From Antedon mediterranea (taxonomy: Eukaryota; Animalia; Echinodermata): a stretch of 64,000 bases of DNA. Position numbers and translations under genes: made by a program. Below the pieces are notes generated by a model. That model was given only the letters and a program-made list of their open reading frames with translations, did not search any database and was not told the DNA's origin. Shown in pieces: positions 41,924 through 53,285 of this stretch (within the stretch, counting starts at the first letter, position 1; every line of letters begins with the position of its first letter). The stretch covers positions 40,496,304 to 40,560,303 of the forward strand of contig NC_092671.1 in assembly GCF_964355755.1 (NCBI RefSeq). The letters are read 5' to 3'.

Positions 41924-42605
41924 TGTCACGAACTCCTCTCACGTATGTTTCCGAGCGGTTGAAAATACTTTAGGAACTCCCTTGTGACATAAAAGTATAC
42001 ACACAAAATCCACAAAGTTGTAAAATAACTCAAAAACAAAGCTTTAATTTCAATCAACTTCAACTTTTAACAATCCAGTAAGCACTTTAAACAACAGCTT
42101 CACAATGACTTTACGATATAACATCCAACCTCTAATCCAACCTCTAATCCAACAACCTTACAATAGTTTACAACCCTTTATATACAAGATGCTCCTATCC
42201 TTCTAGATCATTCTTTATACTTCTCATTATTACATGATTACAGTTTCTATTAATAGCACTTCTGGAATGTTCTTGATTGTTCTTATTAATTATACATGGT
42301 TTATTAAATCAAAACATCTTATTCTAGAATGTTCATGTAAATACTATATGTTACTCTATATGTTAGGGAATGGTAATTTATTACACTCCCCCCTCTTTCT
42401 GAGCTCAAAACTCTTTCTTGGAGTTTTGAGGGGCAAGTATACACGGACGTGGCAAAATATAACATTTTCGACCTAGAAACCCTGTTGAATATAAATTCAA
42501 ACTACATTACGTGAAAACCAAATTCTCATTACAAACAAAATGTAAGAAACAAGTAACTTATAAACATTAAAACCTATTTTGTCTATTTGTAAAGTAACCC
42601 TAGCT

Positions 42606-44832
42606 TTAAGTTAATGGTTTTCGTGACAATCCGTCAGCATTACCATTAGAAATACCCCTTCTATGTACAACAGTAAAGCAATAAGGTTGTAAATCAAGAC
42701 TCCATCTAGTTAGTCTTTTGTTTGTCTCTTTCATTTCAACCAACCATTTGAGTGGTTGATGGTCAGTAACTATGTTAAATTTTCTGCCAAGTAGATAATA
42801 TCGCAGACTTTCGACAGCCCATTTTACCATTAGAAATACCCCTTCTATGTACAACAGTAAAGCAATAAGGTTGTAAATCAAGACTCCATCTAGTTAGTCT
42901 TTTGTTTGTCTCTTTCATTTCAACCAACCATTTGAGTGGTTGATGGTCAGTAACTATCTTAAATTTTCTGCCAAGTAGATAATATCGCAGACTTTCGACA
43001 GCCCATTTTATAGCTAAACACTCTTTCTCTATAGTTGCATAATTCTGTTCCCTTGGGAACATCTTACGACTAAGATACAATACTGGATGGTCAGTACCAT
43101 CAGGACCTAGTTGACTAAGTACTGCACCTAACCCTCGATCTGACGCATCTGTTTGCAGTATAAACTCTGCATTAAAATCTGGGTTTCGTAACACAGGGTC
43201 TGAACATAATGCCTGTTTTAACTTTACAAGTGCATCTTCGCACTCAGGCGTCCATTTGATTTTATCTGGATGTTTTTTCCCCGTCAGATCAGTTAGAGGT
43301 GCTGCAATGTCAGCATAATTAGGAATAAACTTTCGGTAGTATCCTGTCAGGCCAAGAAAAGATTTAACATCCTTCTTAGTTTTAGGTTTTTCCCATTGTA
43401 CTACCGCTTCTACCTTAGTCTTTTGAGGACGTATCATTCCCTCTCCAACTACATACCCTAAATAATGCACTTTACTATGTGCGAAACTACATTTTGCAGG
43501 TTTGACTGTCAGATTAGCTTGCTTGAGGGTCCGAAAAATGTCCCTAAGATGATGGATATGACTTTCCCAGTCTGGACTAAATATTACCAGATCATCCATA
43601 TAAGCTGCTGCATAAGATTCTTTCTTGCGCAACAGTTGATCCATCATTCTTTGAAACGTTGCAGGAGCCCCATGCAAGCCAAATGGTAAATACTTAAATT
43701 GGTACAAACCCATTGGTGTTGAAAAAGCAGTATATGGTTTTGACCGTTCAGTTAATGGAACCTGCCAGTAACCTTTACATAAATCTAACTTTGTTATAAA
43801 TTTAGCAGGACCAACCCTGCCTATTATTTCATCTATTCGAGGCATTGGATATGCATCAAACTTGCTCAAGATATTCACTTTTTTGTAATTTACGCAAAAG
43901 CGAGCTGTACCGTCCGGCTTTGGTACCATGATATAAGGAGAGGACCAGGGACTGTGAGACTCTTCTATTACCCCAAGTTCCAACATAGATTCTATCTCTT
44001 CTTTTACTTTGCCTAACTTAGCCTGAGGAATTGGATAAGCTCTTAATCTAACTGGGTGTACCCCTAGGTTCATTTCAATATCATGCTTTATTACAGTAGT
44101 TTTCCCTGGCTTATCCTGTAACACTGAGTCAAATTCAGAAAACACCTCCGCTAAATCTGAAAGCTGAGATTCATCTAATCCTTCACCAGAATCTAAGGTT
44201 AAATTGGAACTAGAAATATTTGACCAAGAAATGTCCTTATCCTGACCCTCGTCTTGTCCAGTTACATCATTTATAGCCAGCATAACCTCAATAGTTCTAC
44301 GATGAAATTGTTTTAAAAGATTTATGTGGTAGACTTTTGACTTTTTCCGTTTATCATTAGTTTCCACCTCATAGTTTACTGGACCTAGTTTCCTTAAAAC
44401 CTTGTAAGGACCTTGCCATTTGGCCTCTAATGCATTGTTACTAGATGGTAAGAGTAATAGGACTTCATCACCTGGACTAAATTCTCTACAAACAGATTTC
44501 TGATCATATTTTTGTTTTTGCCTTGTTTGGGATAGTTCAATGTTTTCCTGGACTAGATCTTTCATTGAAGTTAACCTATCTCTCATTTTAACAACGTGTG
44601 AAACCACACTTTGAGGACCTGTCACCGTGCCTGTCCACATTTCTTTCATTATATCAAGTGGACCTTGTACCTTCCAACCATACAATAATTCAAATGGAGG
44701 GAACCCAGTTGACTCCTGCGGTACCTCCCTATAAGCAAATAATAGGTACGGAAGCAATTTATCCCATTCTCGGGGATCATCCTGAACAAATTTTCTAATC
44801 ATAGCCTTGAGGGTGCCATTAAATCTTTCCAC
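42606..44832 (-). CDS. Integrase C-terminal half, reverse transcriptase and RNase H of the Gmr1-like element
   Basis: ERFNGTLK, WQGPYKV, LDLCKGYWQ, PFGL, YMDD, TDAS, EKE and TDH. A 184-bp tandem duplication (period 42641/42825) frameshifts the last RNase H motif NADGLSR. Confidence 0.92.
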
Positions 44833-46257
44833 TAATCCATCGGTTTGTGGATGGTAGGGAGCCCTTAATTGAAAGTAACTTATAAATTTGACTCAACAAC
44901 TTAGAGGTAAAGTTAGAGCCTTGAATTGATCGGTTAAAATTTCTGTTGGTACCCCTACCCTGGAAAATAATTTAATCAACTCATCCGCTATCTTTGGAGC
45001 TTCAATACTTCTCAGTGGGATAGGGTCTTTGAACGCATGACATTAGACGGAACGGACGTAAATCGTGACTAGGCCTAAGCCTATTTCTATGCTGTATCAG
45101 TATCGGCCATTACGCACGTTCCCTGGTGTTTGATATACACTAGCCTATATGAGCCAGCAGGGTTTCCTGTGTAAGCTTCCCAGCCTAGACTGAGCGGTAT
45201 ATAAGCCAGTTCTACGGTAATATTGGTGGAACAACAGGTATTCACTGTGATTGAATAGGTTATAGGCCTATAGTATAGTTTAAGCCTCATTGCTACTATT
45301 ACGAGGTACGAGCCACAAGGGGTCAAGCTCAACCCTACTAGCCTAGCTAAGTACTGAGGGATTGCTCACTGGGTAGCCACACACATACACAGCAACGGAA
45401 TTAAGGTACGTTTAGTCCTCCTAGGCTGGCCTGTGTGTTTATCACTACCAGCAGCCACACATCGGAGTGGACTGTTCGTACTCCTCTGTGTATCGCACTT
45501 CATCTGGGCCACCAGGGGGCAAGAGACCAGTCCCGCCTAAAAGGTAAGCTAGTACGCCTTGTGTAATAATTGTAGTAGCTTCGCACTCTCGGCCGTTTTA
45601 CAACATTGGCGCTGCGAGCAAAAACGTGAATTCGGGACGCCAAGTTACTTAGTTTGTTAGTGAAGACGACATAACGGATCAAATCTCCCGCTTTACTTTT
45701 AACAATTCCGCACGGTGTGGGTTCACCGCGATTAGTTGATATTTAATAAAGTGCAAGGATATTTGTATCGACTCTATAGGCGCCATTGATGGTAGACGTT
45801 AATGCTTTTGTAACGGAACTTCATCAGGTAGTACCCATTGAGAAGTTAAACTTATTACAGAGCAAAAAGAGCTTCATTTATTGTCATTATTATAAAATTA
45901 TTTCAATTGTATTTTTGCATTGCTGAAGTTGAATCACGGAGCGTATCCTCCATTGTGTGATCTTCTGAATTCCTAAGACACTTGTGGGCGGACTTCGCAC
46001 GTTTCTTTGACTTCATTTGCATATCACGTTAAGCAACTGTGATTTCTATTAAGCAGGTGTAACTCGTTTTTCTTTACTATTGCCTTTTAGAGAAAGTTGT
46101 TGTTATTTTTATTATATTATATATATATTTTTTTCTCTGGTAGTATATAAGAAGTACAATCCTCAGTTATATACAAGTCGATTTTATATTGTATTGGTAT
46201 AGCATTGTTGGGTCTACTTCAATTCTATACGTTTTAGTAGTAATTTGATAATTTAGC

Positions 46258-48243
46258 ATGCCTCCAAAATCCCGATTCGTTTCTATTAATTTTTGCGACA
46301 TGTTAGATCTTAACCTTTTGCCTGGCATAGGTGCCTCACGTGCTCAAAAACTTATAGAATGGAGGGAGGGTTACGGCAACATCACCCCGAATAACATAGG
46401 GAAGATAATAAGAGGCTCAGGAAAAGGCAAGTTTATGAAATGGTTGGATTTCACTCCAAACCCGAGATGGGGAGGGAGAGACGGAGACTCAACGATTTAC
46501 CGTGAGCTCCGGGATACCAGCACACCACTTGAGGTTGCTTATCCACCCGACCATTCTGGGTTAGGAATAGAGTCAAGATATTCTTCTCTACATCCTAAGA
46601 CAGAGGCAAATCAGAATTACGATACAAGAGTCTCTGATATACTGTCTGATTCACCAGTAGATACTTTATCGTGCAATTCTGGGAGGGTTCCTAAATCAAG
46701 CGCCAACAGTCCAATTGCGTATCACGATACCTGGACAACGCTTGTACGTCAGGACACTACTCCAATATCCTACTACCATGGTACCCGGGTAACACCTTTC
46801 CAACAGGATACCCGAGAAACATCTACCTGGCAGGATAATTGTGGGACGCATTTTAATTATAAGACCAGTGGTACGCCAGTCTATTATCAGACCCAAGCCA
46901 CATCAACATACCAAGCACCACAAGATAGGCCCACGATGTATGATAGGGAAAGAAAAGATTTTTATAGCTCCTATAACACCCAACAGACTCCAGTCTCTTA
47001 TGAACCTCGTTATGATCATAGGGAACTAAGGGATAGGAAATCTCAACCCTCCACAAGGCGTGCCTCTAGAGGTGAACCTCAGACACGACATGTTGGTTGG
47101 GCCTGGGAGGATGACTCTGATAGTGAAAGTGAGCATGATGCGTATTTAGCTGACTTCAGGGAATTCTTGAGGAATACTGAATGTAGAACCCTTAGGCGGC
47201 AGAAGCATTTCAGGCCCAAGGATATTCCCAAAAGTCTAGTATTTAATGGCAAGGATAATTGGGTTCTCTTTAAGGAACGCTTCCTCAATTACGCTGACGA
47301 GCATGACCTCAGCAATAGGGGAATGCGCAATGCTTTCAGTTGGTGCGTTACCGGCATAGCTGCTGAGTATTTTGTTAATTTAACTGACATGAATGTAGAT
47401 ATCTCTTTCAGACAAATCGTACAAGCTTTTGACGGACGCTTTAAGGCCGAAGAGTTACCCGAGGTCTTGGAAGTGAAATTTGAAGCTGCTGTACAGCATG
47501 AAGGAGAATCTATAGAAGATTGGGGCGACAGAGTTCTCACACTGACTAGAAAAGCCTTTAGCGATCTCCCGCAAGGTTGGATCTGTCAAAGGGCGGTTGT
47601 GAAATTCTGTGTGGGTTGTTTTGACGCTGACGCTGGGCAGTATATGCTTCACCAGAACTGTACCACCCTGACTGAAGCAATGGCAGCTTACGAGAAGTAC
47701 ACTGGGCTGAGAGAACTCTGCCTTCGTACGAGGAGTAGACAACAGGAACCAGTGAAGCCGCATGTCCGGTTTACCACCATGCCTAAACATCTGGAACACC
47801 CAGCCTCATCCAGGAATAGAGGGGAATCTTTTGATGGTGGGGCAGAGGTAGAGGTTCGGAAGGTAAGTAAACCTAGCAAGGGTCGGACTCGCCTGGCGAG
47901 CTAGCGAAACCCTACCGTTCCTAGGCTAACGAGGAAGCCTGATCCCAAGGATCACCGGTTACCTTCACAGCCAAACCCAGATCCCACTGATGGAGCCGTC
48001 GAGTCTAAAATAGTTCAACAGGATAACAGGGGCACTCGCCTAGTAAGTGAGTTGTCGAACCAAATCAACCAGTTGACAACCAAATTTGATATTCTGCTAA
48101 CTACACTACAACGGCAACCCAAGGCAACACCAACACCGGTTAGACAGGACCCAGCATTGCCACCCCGAGTGTGCGTTGAGGGCCAGGAACCCGGTCAACA
48201 GGTTTGTCAATTTGGGTCAGAAGGTAAGCAGACGTCAAACTAG
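46258..48243 (+). CDS. Gag-like protein with N-terminal ComEA-type helix-hairpin-helix domain; in-frame TAG at 47902-47904, same frame continues to 48243
   Basis: VSINFCDMLDLNLLPGIGASRAQKLIEWREGYG (HhH). FNGKDNWVLFKERF..A..AF.W..TG.AA...F..RF...QHEGESIEDWGDRV..L..KAF (retrotransposon capsid). Degenerate knuckle CVEGQEPGQQVCQF. Confidence 0.8.
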
Positions 48244-48287
48244 AGCAGGTTGGGAACACAGCCCAGCTTCTCAACCTGTCATCTTCT

Positions 48288-49682
48288 ATGGGCTCTGACT
48301 CAAAGGCTGAAATACATAAAAAGAATAATGTCAATGATAATAATAATGTCCATAATAATAATAGTGTTTCTATGAGTACTTTTTCAGAGAACACGCTGGC
48401 ACTACTCCCAGGTTGCAAAGGTTCATTTGTAGGCACTACTCCGACCGACGATCTGTTGGAGCCGAGTGCGACAAACCGAACTCAAACCGTGGAGGCAGGG
48501 ACCAAAGCAGATGAGATTGAAAAAACCATCATGATCAACAGAGTACAATCCAACCGTGCCTTATACACCACGGTCTACGTGAATCAAACCGAAGTGACAG
48601 CTGTTGTGGACACGGCTGCAGAACGGACAATACCTCTCAGATAATGTATACTCACGTTTATTGTCTAAACCACCTATTGTAGCCGAGCTTAACTTTACTC
48701 TAGCAGGTAGAGGTACATCAATGCCTGGTTACAAAGTGGGACCTGTTAACTTGAGATTGGGATCTGATGTCTACACTGAATTCTTCTATGTAGCACCGAT
48801 TCATGATGAAATGTTACTAGGTCAGGATTTTATGGTGAAAAACAAGGCCATGATAGACTGCGGACGTTTGCTATTAACAATAGGCTCAAGCACGGTATCT
48901 GGGAGGGAAAATCGGGAATCCGAATCCCCGAGAATCGCCAGTGTCCTTGTTGCTAAACGTAGAGTGATACCACCACACTCAGTAATGCATGTCCGATGTC
49001 AACTCGTACCTAACAATTTACCATTACCAGATTACATTATAGGTACAGAGATGAATTCTTCGTTGGCAATTCCAGTTACCACACACCAGGGATTACGGAA
49101 GTCGCACCTGTGTGTGGTCAACACTTCTAATCAGTACATCACATTGAAGAAGGGCAGGAACATTGCCACAGCCACGGAGACCAAGCCGATGGAAGGGGGT
49201 GCGGTTAGCGCTGCTGACGTGTGTTCAGTACCCAGAAATGATGTGCCTGTTTCGGCAGGACCCCGTCATCTGGTCAACATACTCGGTGCATTGTGTGCCC
49301 ATCCCGCCTCCATTAAGGATGCAGGACTGTCTTCTCTTGCCACTCAGGAGAAAAGTTTAAGCCTGAATGCAGTGTATTGTTTGGAGGAATCCGAGCACTG
49401 CATTGTCACTCTAGAAGTTGCTCAGATTCGACACACAAGTGGCGAGATAGGGAGTGAGGGTTTTGTTTGGGACCCAGGAGGTTTAAGGACCATTACAGAA
49501 ACCCGGGCCCCAAATGGATTAAATTACTTGTATATTCACAGGATGGTTGCATGGTCACGGCAGTTCAGCCTGGGATACCGACTTTAGGAGCTAATTCTTC
49601 CAGCCCAAGTTTGGAATTCTTTTGGTTGAATAAAGCCGCCCTACACTCGTCCGATGATGGACTCTCATTTCGTATAAGGTAA
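48288..49682 (+). pseudogene. Frameshifted aspartic protease and truncated pol of the inserted element
   Basis: VYVNQTEVTAVVDTAAERTI / LSDNVY..MLLGQDFM. No YxDD or RNase H motif follows. Confidence 0.75.
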
Positions 49683-50092
49683 AAAGGTTATTGGATTTAC
49701 CTGTGGGGAGACGCAGCGATGCATGGAAAGGGATAACGATTTCCGTGTCCTCACCCGACAAGGGCTATGTGCTATACCTTAGCCAGCCGCAGGGCAAATC
49801 CACGAAGCTGTGTCCCCTATGAACCTGTTGATTAGCCTAAGACTGTTCTTTGTCTCGCTGAGAAGAAGGGTGAAGTAACTCCAACCTCGCGACTGACAGC
49901 ACAGCCCCTGGGTAGTTAACTGACCGTTTACCACATTGCTATCCTGAGCTGGATCTGATTCACTGTGGAAAATGTGTAGAATGATTATCTTTGCAGATTT
50001 TCAATTGGGATGGACTTTTCTGAGTTTACCTCAAATCCTCCTAATTAATCAGTCTTGATTGCTACCAGGCACTGGACAACATCAGAACACTG

Positions 50093-51142
50093 AATTGAAA
50101 GTAACTTATAAATTTGACTCAACAACTTAGAGGTAAAGTTAGAGCCTTGATCGGTTAAAATTTCTGTTGGTACCCCTACCCTGGAAAATAATTTAATCAA
50201 CTCATCCGCTATCTTTGGAGCTTCAATACTTCTCAGTGGGATAGCCTCCGGATATCGAGTTGCATAATCACATATAACCAAGACATATTTATTTCCTGTC
50301 TTACTCCGTGCTAGTGGACCAACAATGTCCATAGCGATTCGGCGGAATGGTTCACTGATTATTGGCATAGGAATCATCGGGGCCTTCAATTTAGTTTTAT
50401 ACTTTGAAGTTTTCTGACAATTTTCACAAGTGTTGCAATATTCGGTCACATCCTTTCTAATACCAGGCCAAAAGAATCTCTGCTTTATCCTATCTAATGT
50501 CTTTTTCCTACCTAAATGACCTGCCAAAGGAATATCATGTGAGACTTTCAATACACTATTACGGCAAGGGTATGGAACTACTAATTGCTCTATTGGTTCT
50601 GTCTGGTGTTTAGTGAAAACTTGCCTAAATAAAATTCCATCCTTACAGACTATCTTTATAGTTTCATCATCTTTCTGTACTAACATCCGTTCTCGAAGTG
50701 AAATTAAAGTTCTATCCTTAACCTGATAATCCTTAATTTTATCTCTGCCAATATCTAAAATGTCTAATTCACTATCTTGGCTAGACTGAGCCTGAGCTTC
50801 CTTTGTTTTTGCAAACTCTTTCCTAACTTTTCGTTTCTCACTTCTGGTTTTATGAACTTTTTCCTTGGGAGGGTTGTCACTGAGTAGTTGGCCATCTAAA
50901 TGTCCAAATTCTTTTTGAAAATTAACCACATCATCTAACTGACGTGAAATAACCCCAGAAGCTTTTTCCGAATTTAATTGGTTTTCCTCTCTTAGTTTTT
51001 CTTTTCTAGCATGATCTCTAGTGGCAACAAAACTATGCCTATCATGGTTCTTATTCCCCTTCCCTAATAAGTCTCCAAATTTAGGAAAGTCCCTACCAAG
51101 AATTACATCTCTTGGTAAATCGCTGCAAACGCCAACCAACAA
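50093..51142 (-). CDS. Protease end plus integrase N-terminal half (HHCC and first two catalytic Asp) of the Gmr1-like element
   Basis: VILGRDF, HDIPLAGHLG..CENCQK, IAMDIVGP and ILTDQGSNF; truncated by the insertion at 50092. Confidence 0.9.
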
Positions 51143-51424
51143 ATTATGGTCTTCGTTATTAACCTTAATATTGACGAATGCAGTGGGATAGGCTTGGACA
51201 TGGTCATGGACGCACCTGCATGTAATTTTAGCTTAATTTTAGATTAATTTTCTTAGCCGCTACTAAATCAGAATGAACAAGTGTCATATCACATCCAGAG
51301 TCTATCAAAATTTCACATCCTTCAACTAGGCCTCTACAAATGTAAGGTGTACATGGTTTTGAAACAGTATCTGTCTTTGTCGACAAAAAGCCATCCTTAC
51401 TTCGACAAAATCGTTCTATGTGGC

Positions 51425-52501
51425 CTACTTTTTTGGACCGTCTACAAACGAGAGGTTGTCTAGCGTCAGATTGTGATTTATGAAAGTTATCAGGGGGGCC
51501 CGGTTATTATTACCCTTACTGTCAACTTCAGGAGTGCCTCTCACTGTTTTCTCCTGGTTGTTTCTATTTTCGTGTTTTCTATTTTGAAACTTTTTCTCAA
51601 AATCGATACCTTTTCTAGCTTGAAAATAATTATCTGCTAATTCTGCAGCATTTAATCCAGAATCTGGTTTATGTTCTTGAACCCAAATTTGTACCCCTGT
51701 GGGCATAATATCTATCAATTGCTCTAAAATAACAGTTTCAGCTAAATCATCTTTGCTTTTATCAGCAGGCCTAGCCCACTTAGTAAATAAGTCTTTCAAC
51801 CTAACATACATTTCTCTATAACTTTCTTCACTTTTCTTTTTAATTGACCTAAACCTTTGTCTATATGTCTCTTCAGTTATGTCATACCTTTGTAATATTG
51901 CTTTCTTCACTATGTCGTACTGGTTACTTTCTGTCGCTGGTAGTGATGCATAGGCTGCTCTTGCTTTGCCTGTCAAATGTGGTATCAGTTTTACTACCCA
52001 GTGTTCTTTTCGCCACTCATAGGTGTTAGCAATTCGTTCAAACGTAGTGAGATAATTTTCAATATCATCACTATCAGAAAGTTTTACAATCTGAACTTCC
52101 TTCAATCTCATTATATCTTTTAATCGTTTCTCCTCACTGTCCTTTTGTTTTTCCATTAACGCCATTACCAATGCTTGCTGTTTCTCTATATCGTCCCTAC
52201 GTAAACGTTCTTGTTTTTCCATATCTTCTTTGCGTTGTTCCATCATCTGCTGCATCATAAGATTCTGTTGTTGCATTTGTTGCTGCATCATTAGATTCTG
52301 CTGTTGCATTTGTTGCTGCATCAACAACAAAACATCTTTTGAAGATGAGTCAGCCCCTGTAGGGTTATGTCCACTGGTTGGTACAGACTCTTCTGCCTGT
52401 TGTTCAGGTTGTAATGACTGAACCGATTCTACCTCAGAATCAGATTCATCGCCGCCGCTGTATTCTCTACCGGATCTTGTTGTTGATTGTTTATCAGCCA
52501 T
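51425..52501 (-). CDS. Gag with SCAN-like capsid C-terminal domain (Gmr1-like element), frameshifted at the zinc knuckle
   Basis: DDIENYLTTFERIA..W..LIPHLTGKA; YRQRFR...RLKDLFTKW...VILEQL...VQIWVQEHKP...AAELADNY. A remnant GHIERFC and protease LIDSG follow in other frames at about 51290-51420. Confidence 0.85.
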   Translation of the reverse strand: MADKQSTTRSGREYSGGDESDSEVESVQSLQPEQQAEESVPTSGHNPTGADSSSKDVLLLMQQQMQQQNLMMQQQMQQQNLMMQQMMEQRKEDMEKQERLRRDDIEKQQALVMALMEKQKDSEEKRLKDIMRLKEVQIVKLSDSDDIENYLTTFERIANTYEWRKEHWVVKLIPHLTGKARAAYASLPATESNQYDIVKKAILQRYDITEETYRQRFRSIKKKSEESYREMYVRLKDLFTKWARPADKSKDDLAETVILEQLIDIMPTGVQIWVQEHKPDSGLNAAELADNYFQARKGIDFEKKFQNRKHENRNNQEKTVRGTPEVDSKGNNNRAPLITFINHNLTLDNLSFVDGPKK

Positions 52502-53285
52502 ATTTTAAATCTGGATGAGGGTCTTGTTACTAGTTAATCGTAGTTACCGAGACGTTCACAAGTCTACTGTTCTAAATAAATGTACTGTTCTTAAAACAAT
52601 GTTTGTGTACTTACGATTAAACAAAACGTAGCACCGCGGCTTCCGTAAAATATCACAGTATCGTAAGTACCGCTTTCACAAAATATCAATAAAGTACAGT
52701 TGATCCTAAAATAGCCACCAATCTATGGCAAAATACAGTAGATCAAACTGCTACCACAACCGTAGATAAATACACAGTTAAGTCGAACAGTAGATCGAAA
52801 TAACCGCTGCCACCAAATTATGTCACGAACTCCTCTCACGTATGTTTCCGAGCAGTTGAAAACACTTTAGGAACTCCCTTGTGACATAAAAGTATACACA
52901 CAAAATCGACAAAGTTGTAAAATAACTCAAAAACAAAGCTTTAATTTCAATCAACTTCAACTTTTAACAATCCAGTAAGCACTTTAAACAACAGCTTCAC
53001 AATGACTTTACGATATAACATCCAACCTCTAATCCAACCTCTAATCCAACAACCTTACAATAGTTTACAACCCTTTATATACAAGATGCTCCTATCCTTC
53101 TAGATCATTCTTTATACTTCTCATTATTACATGATTACAGTTTCTATTAATAGCACTTCTGGAATGTTCTTGATTGTTCTTATTAATTATACATGGTTTA
53201 TTAAATCAAAACATCTTATTCTAGAATGTTCATGTAAATACTATGTTACTCTATATGTTAGGGAATGGTAATTTATTACAGCCTC

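Larger units (their letters stand above)
45024..50092 (+). mobile_element. Internally deleted second LTR retroelement (partial LTR, PBS, HhH-Gag, protease, no RT/RH/IN core), inserted antisense in the Gmr1 integrase
   Basis: ...TTTTACA acat TGGCGCTGCGAGCA gives a tRNA-Ser-like PBS at 45607-45620, followed by a long leader, gag and AVVDTAA protease. It is flanked by a ~152-bp direct duplication of host integrase sequence. Confidence 0.8.
41924..53280 (-). mobile_element. Full-length but disrupted Gmr1-like Ty3/gypsy LTR retrotransposon
   Basis: LTRs 41924-42385 and 52821-53280 (TG...CA) differ by about 3 substitutions and one 2-bp indel by eye. TSD GCCTC. PBS TGGTGGCAGCGG (tRNA-Leu type) at about 52804-52815; PPT at about 42386-42399. 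Domain order gag-PR-IN-RT-RH. Confidence 0.95.
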
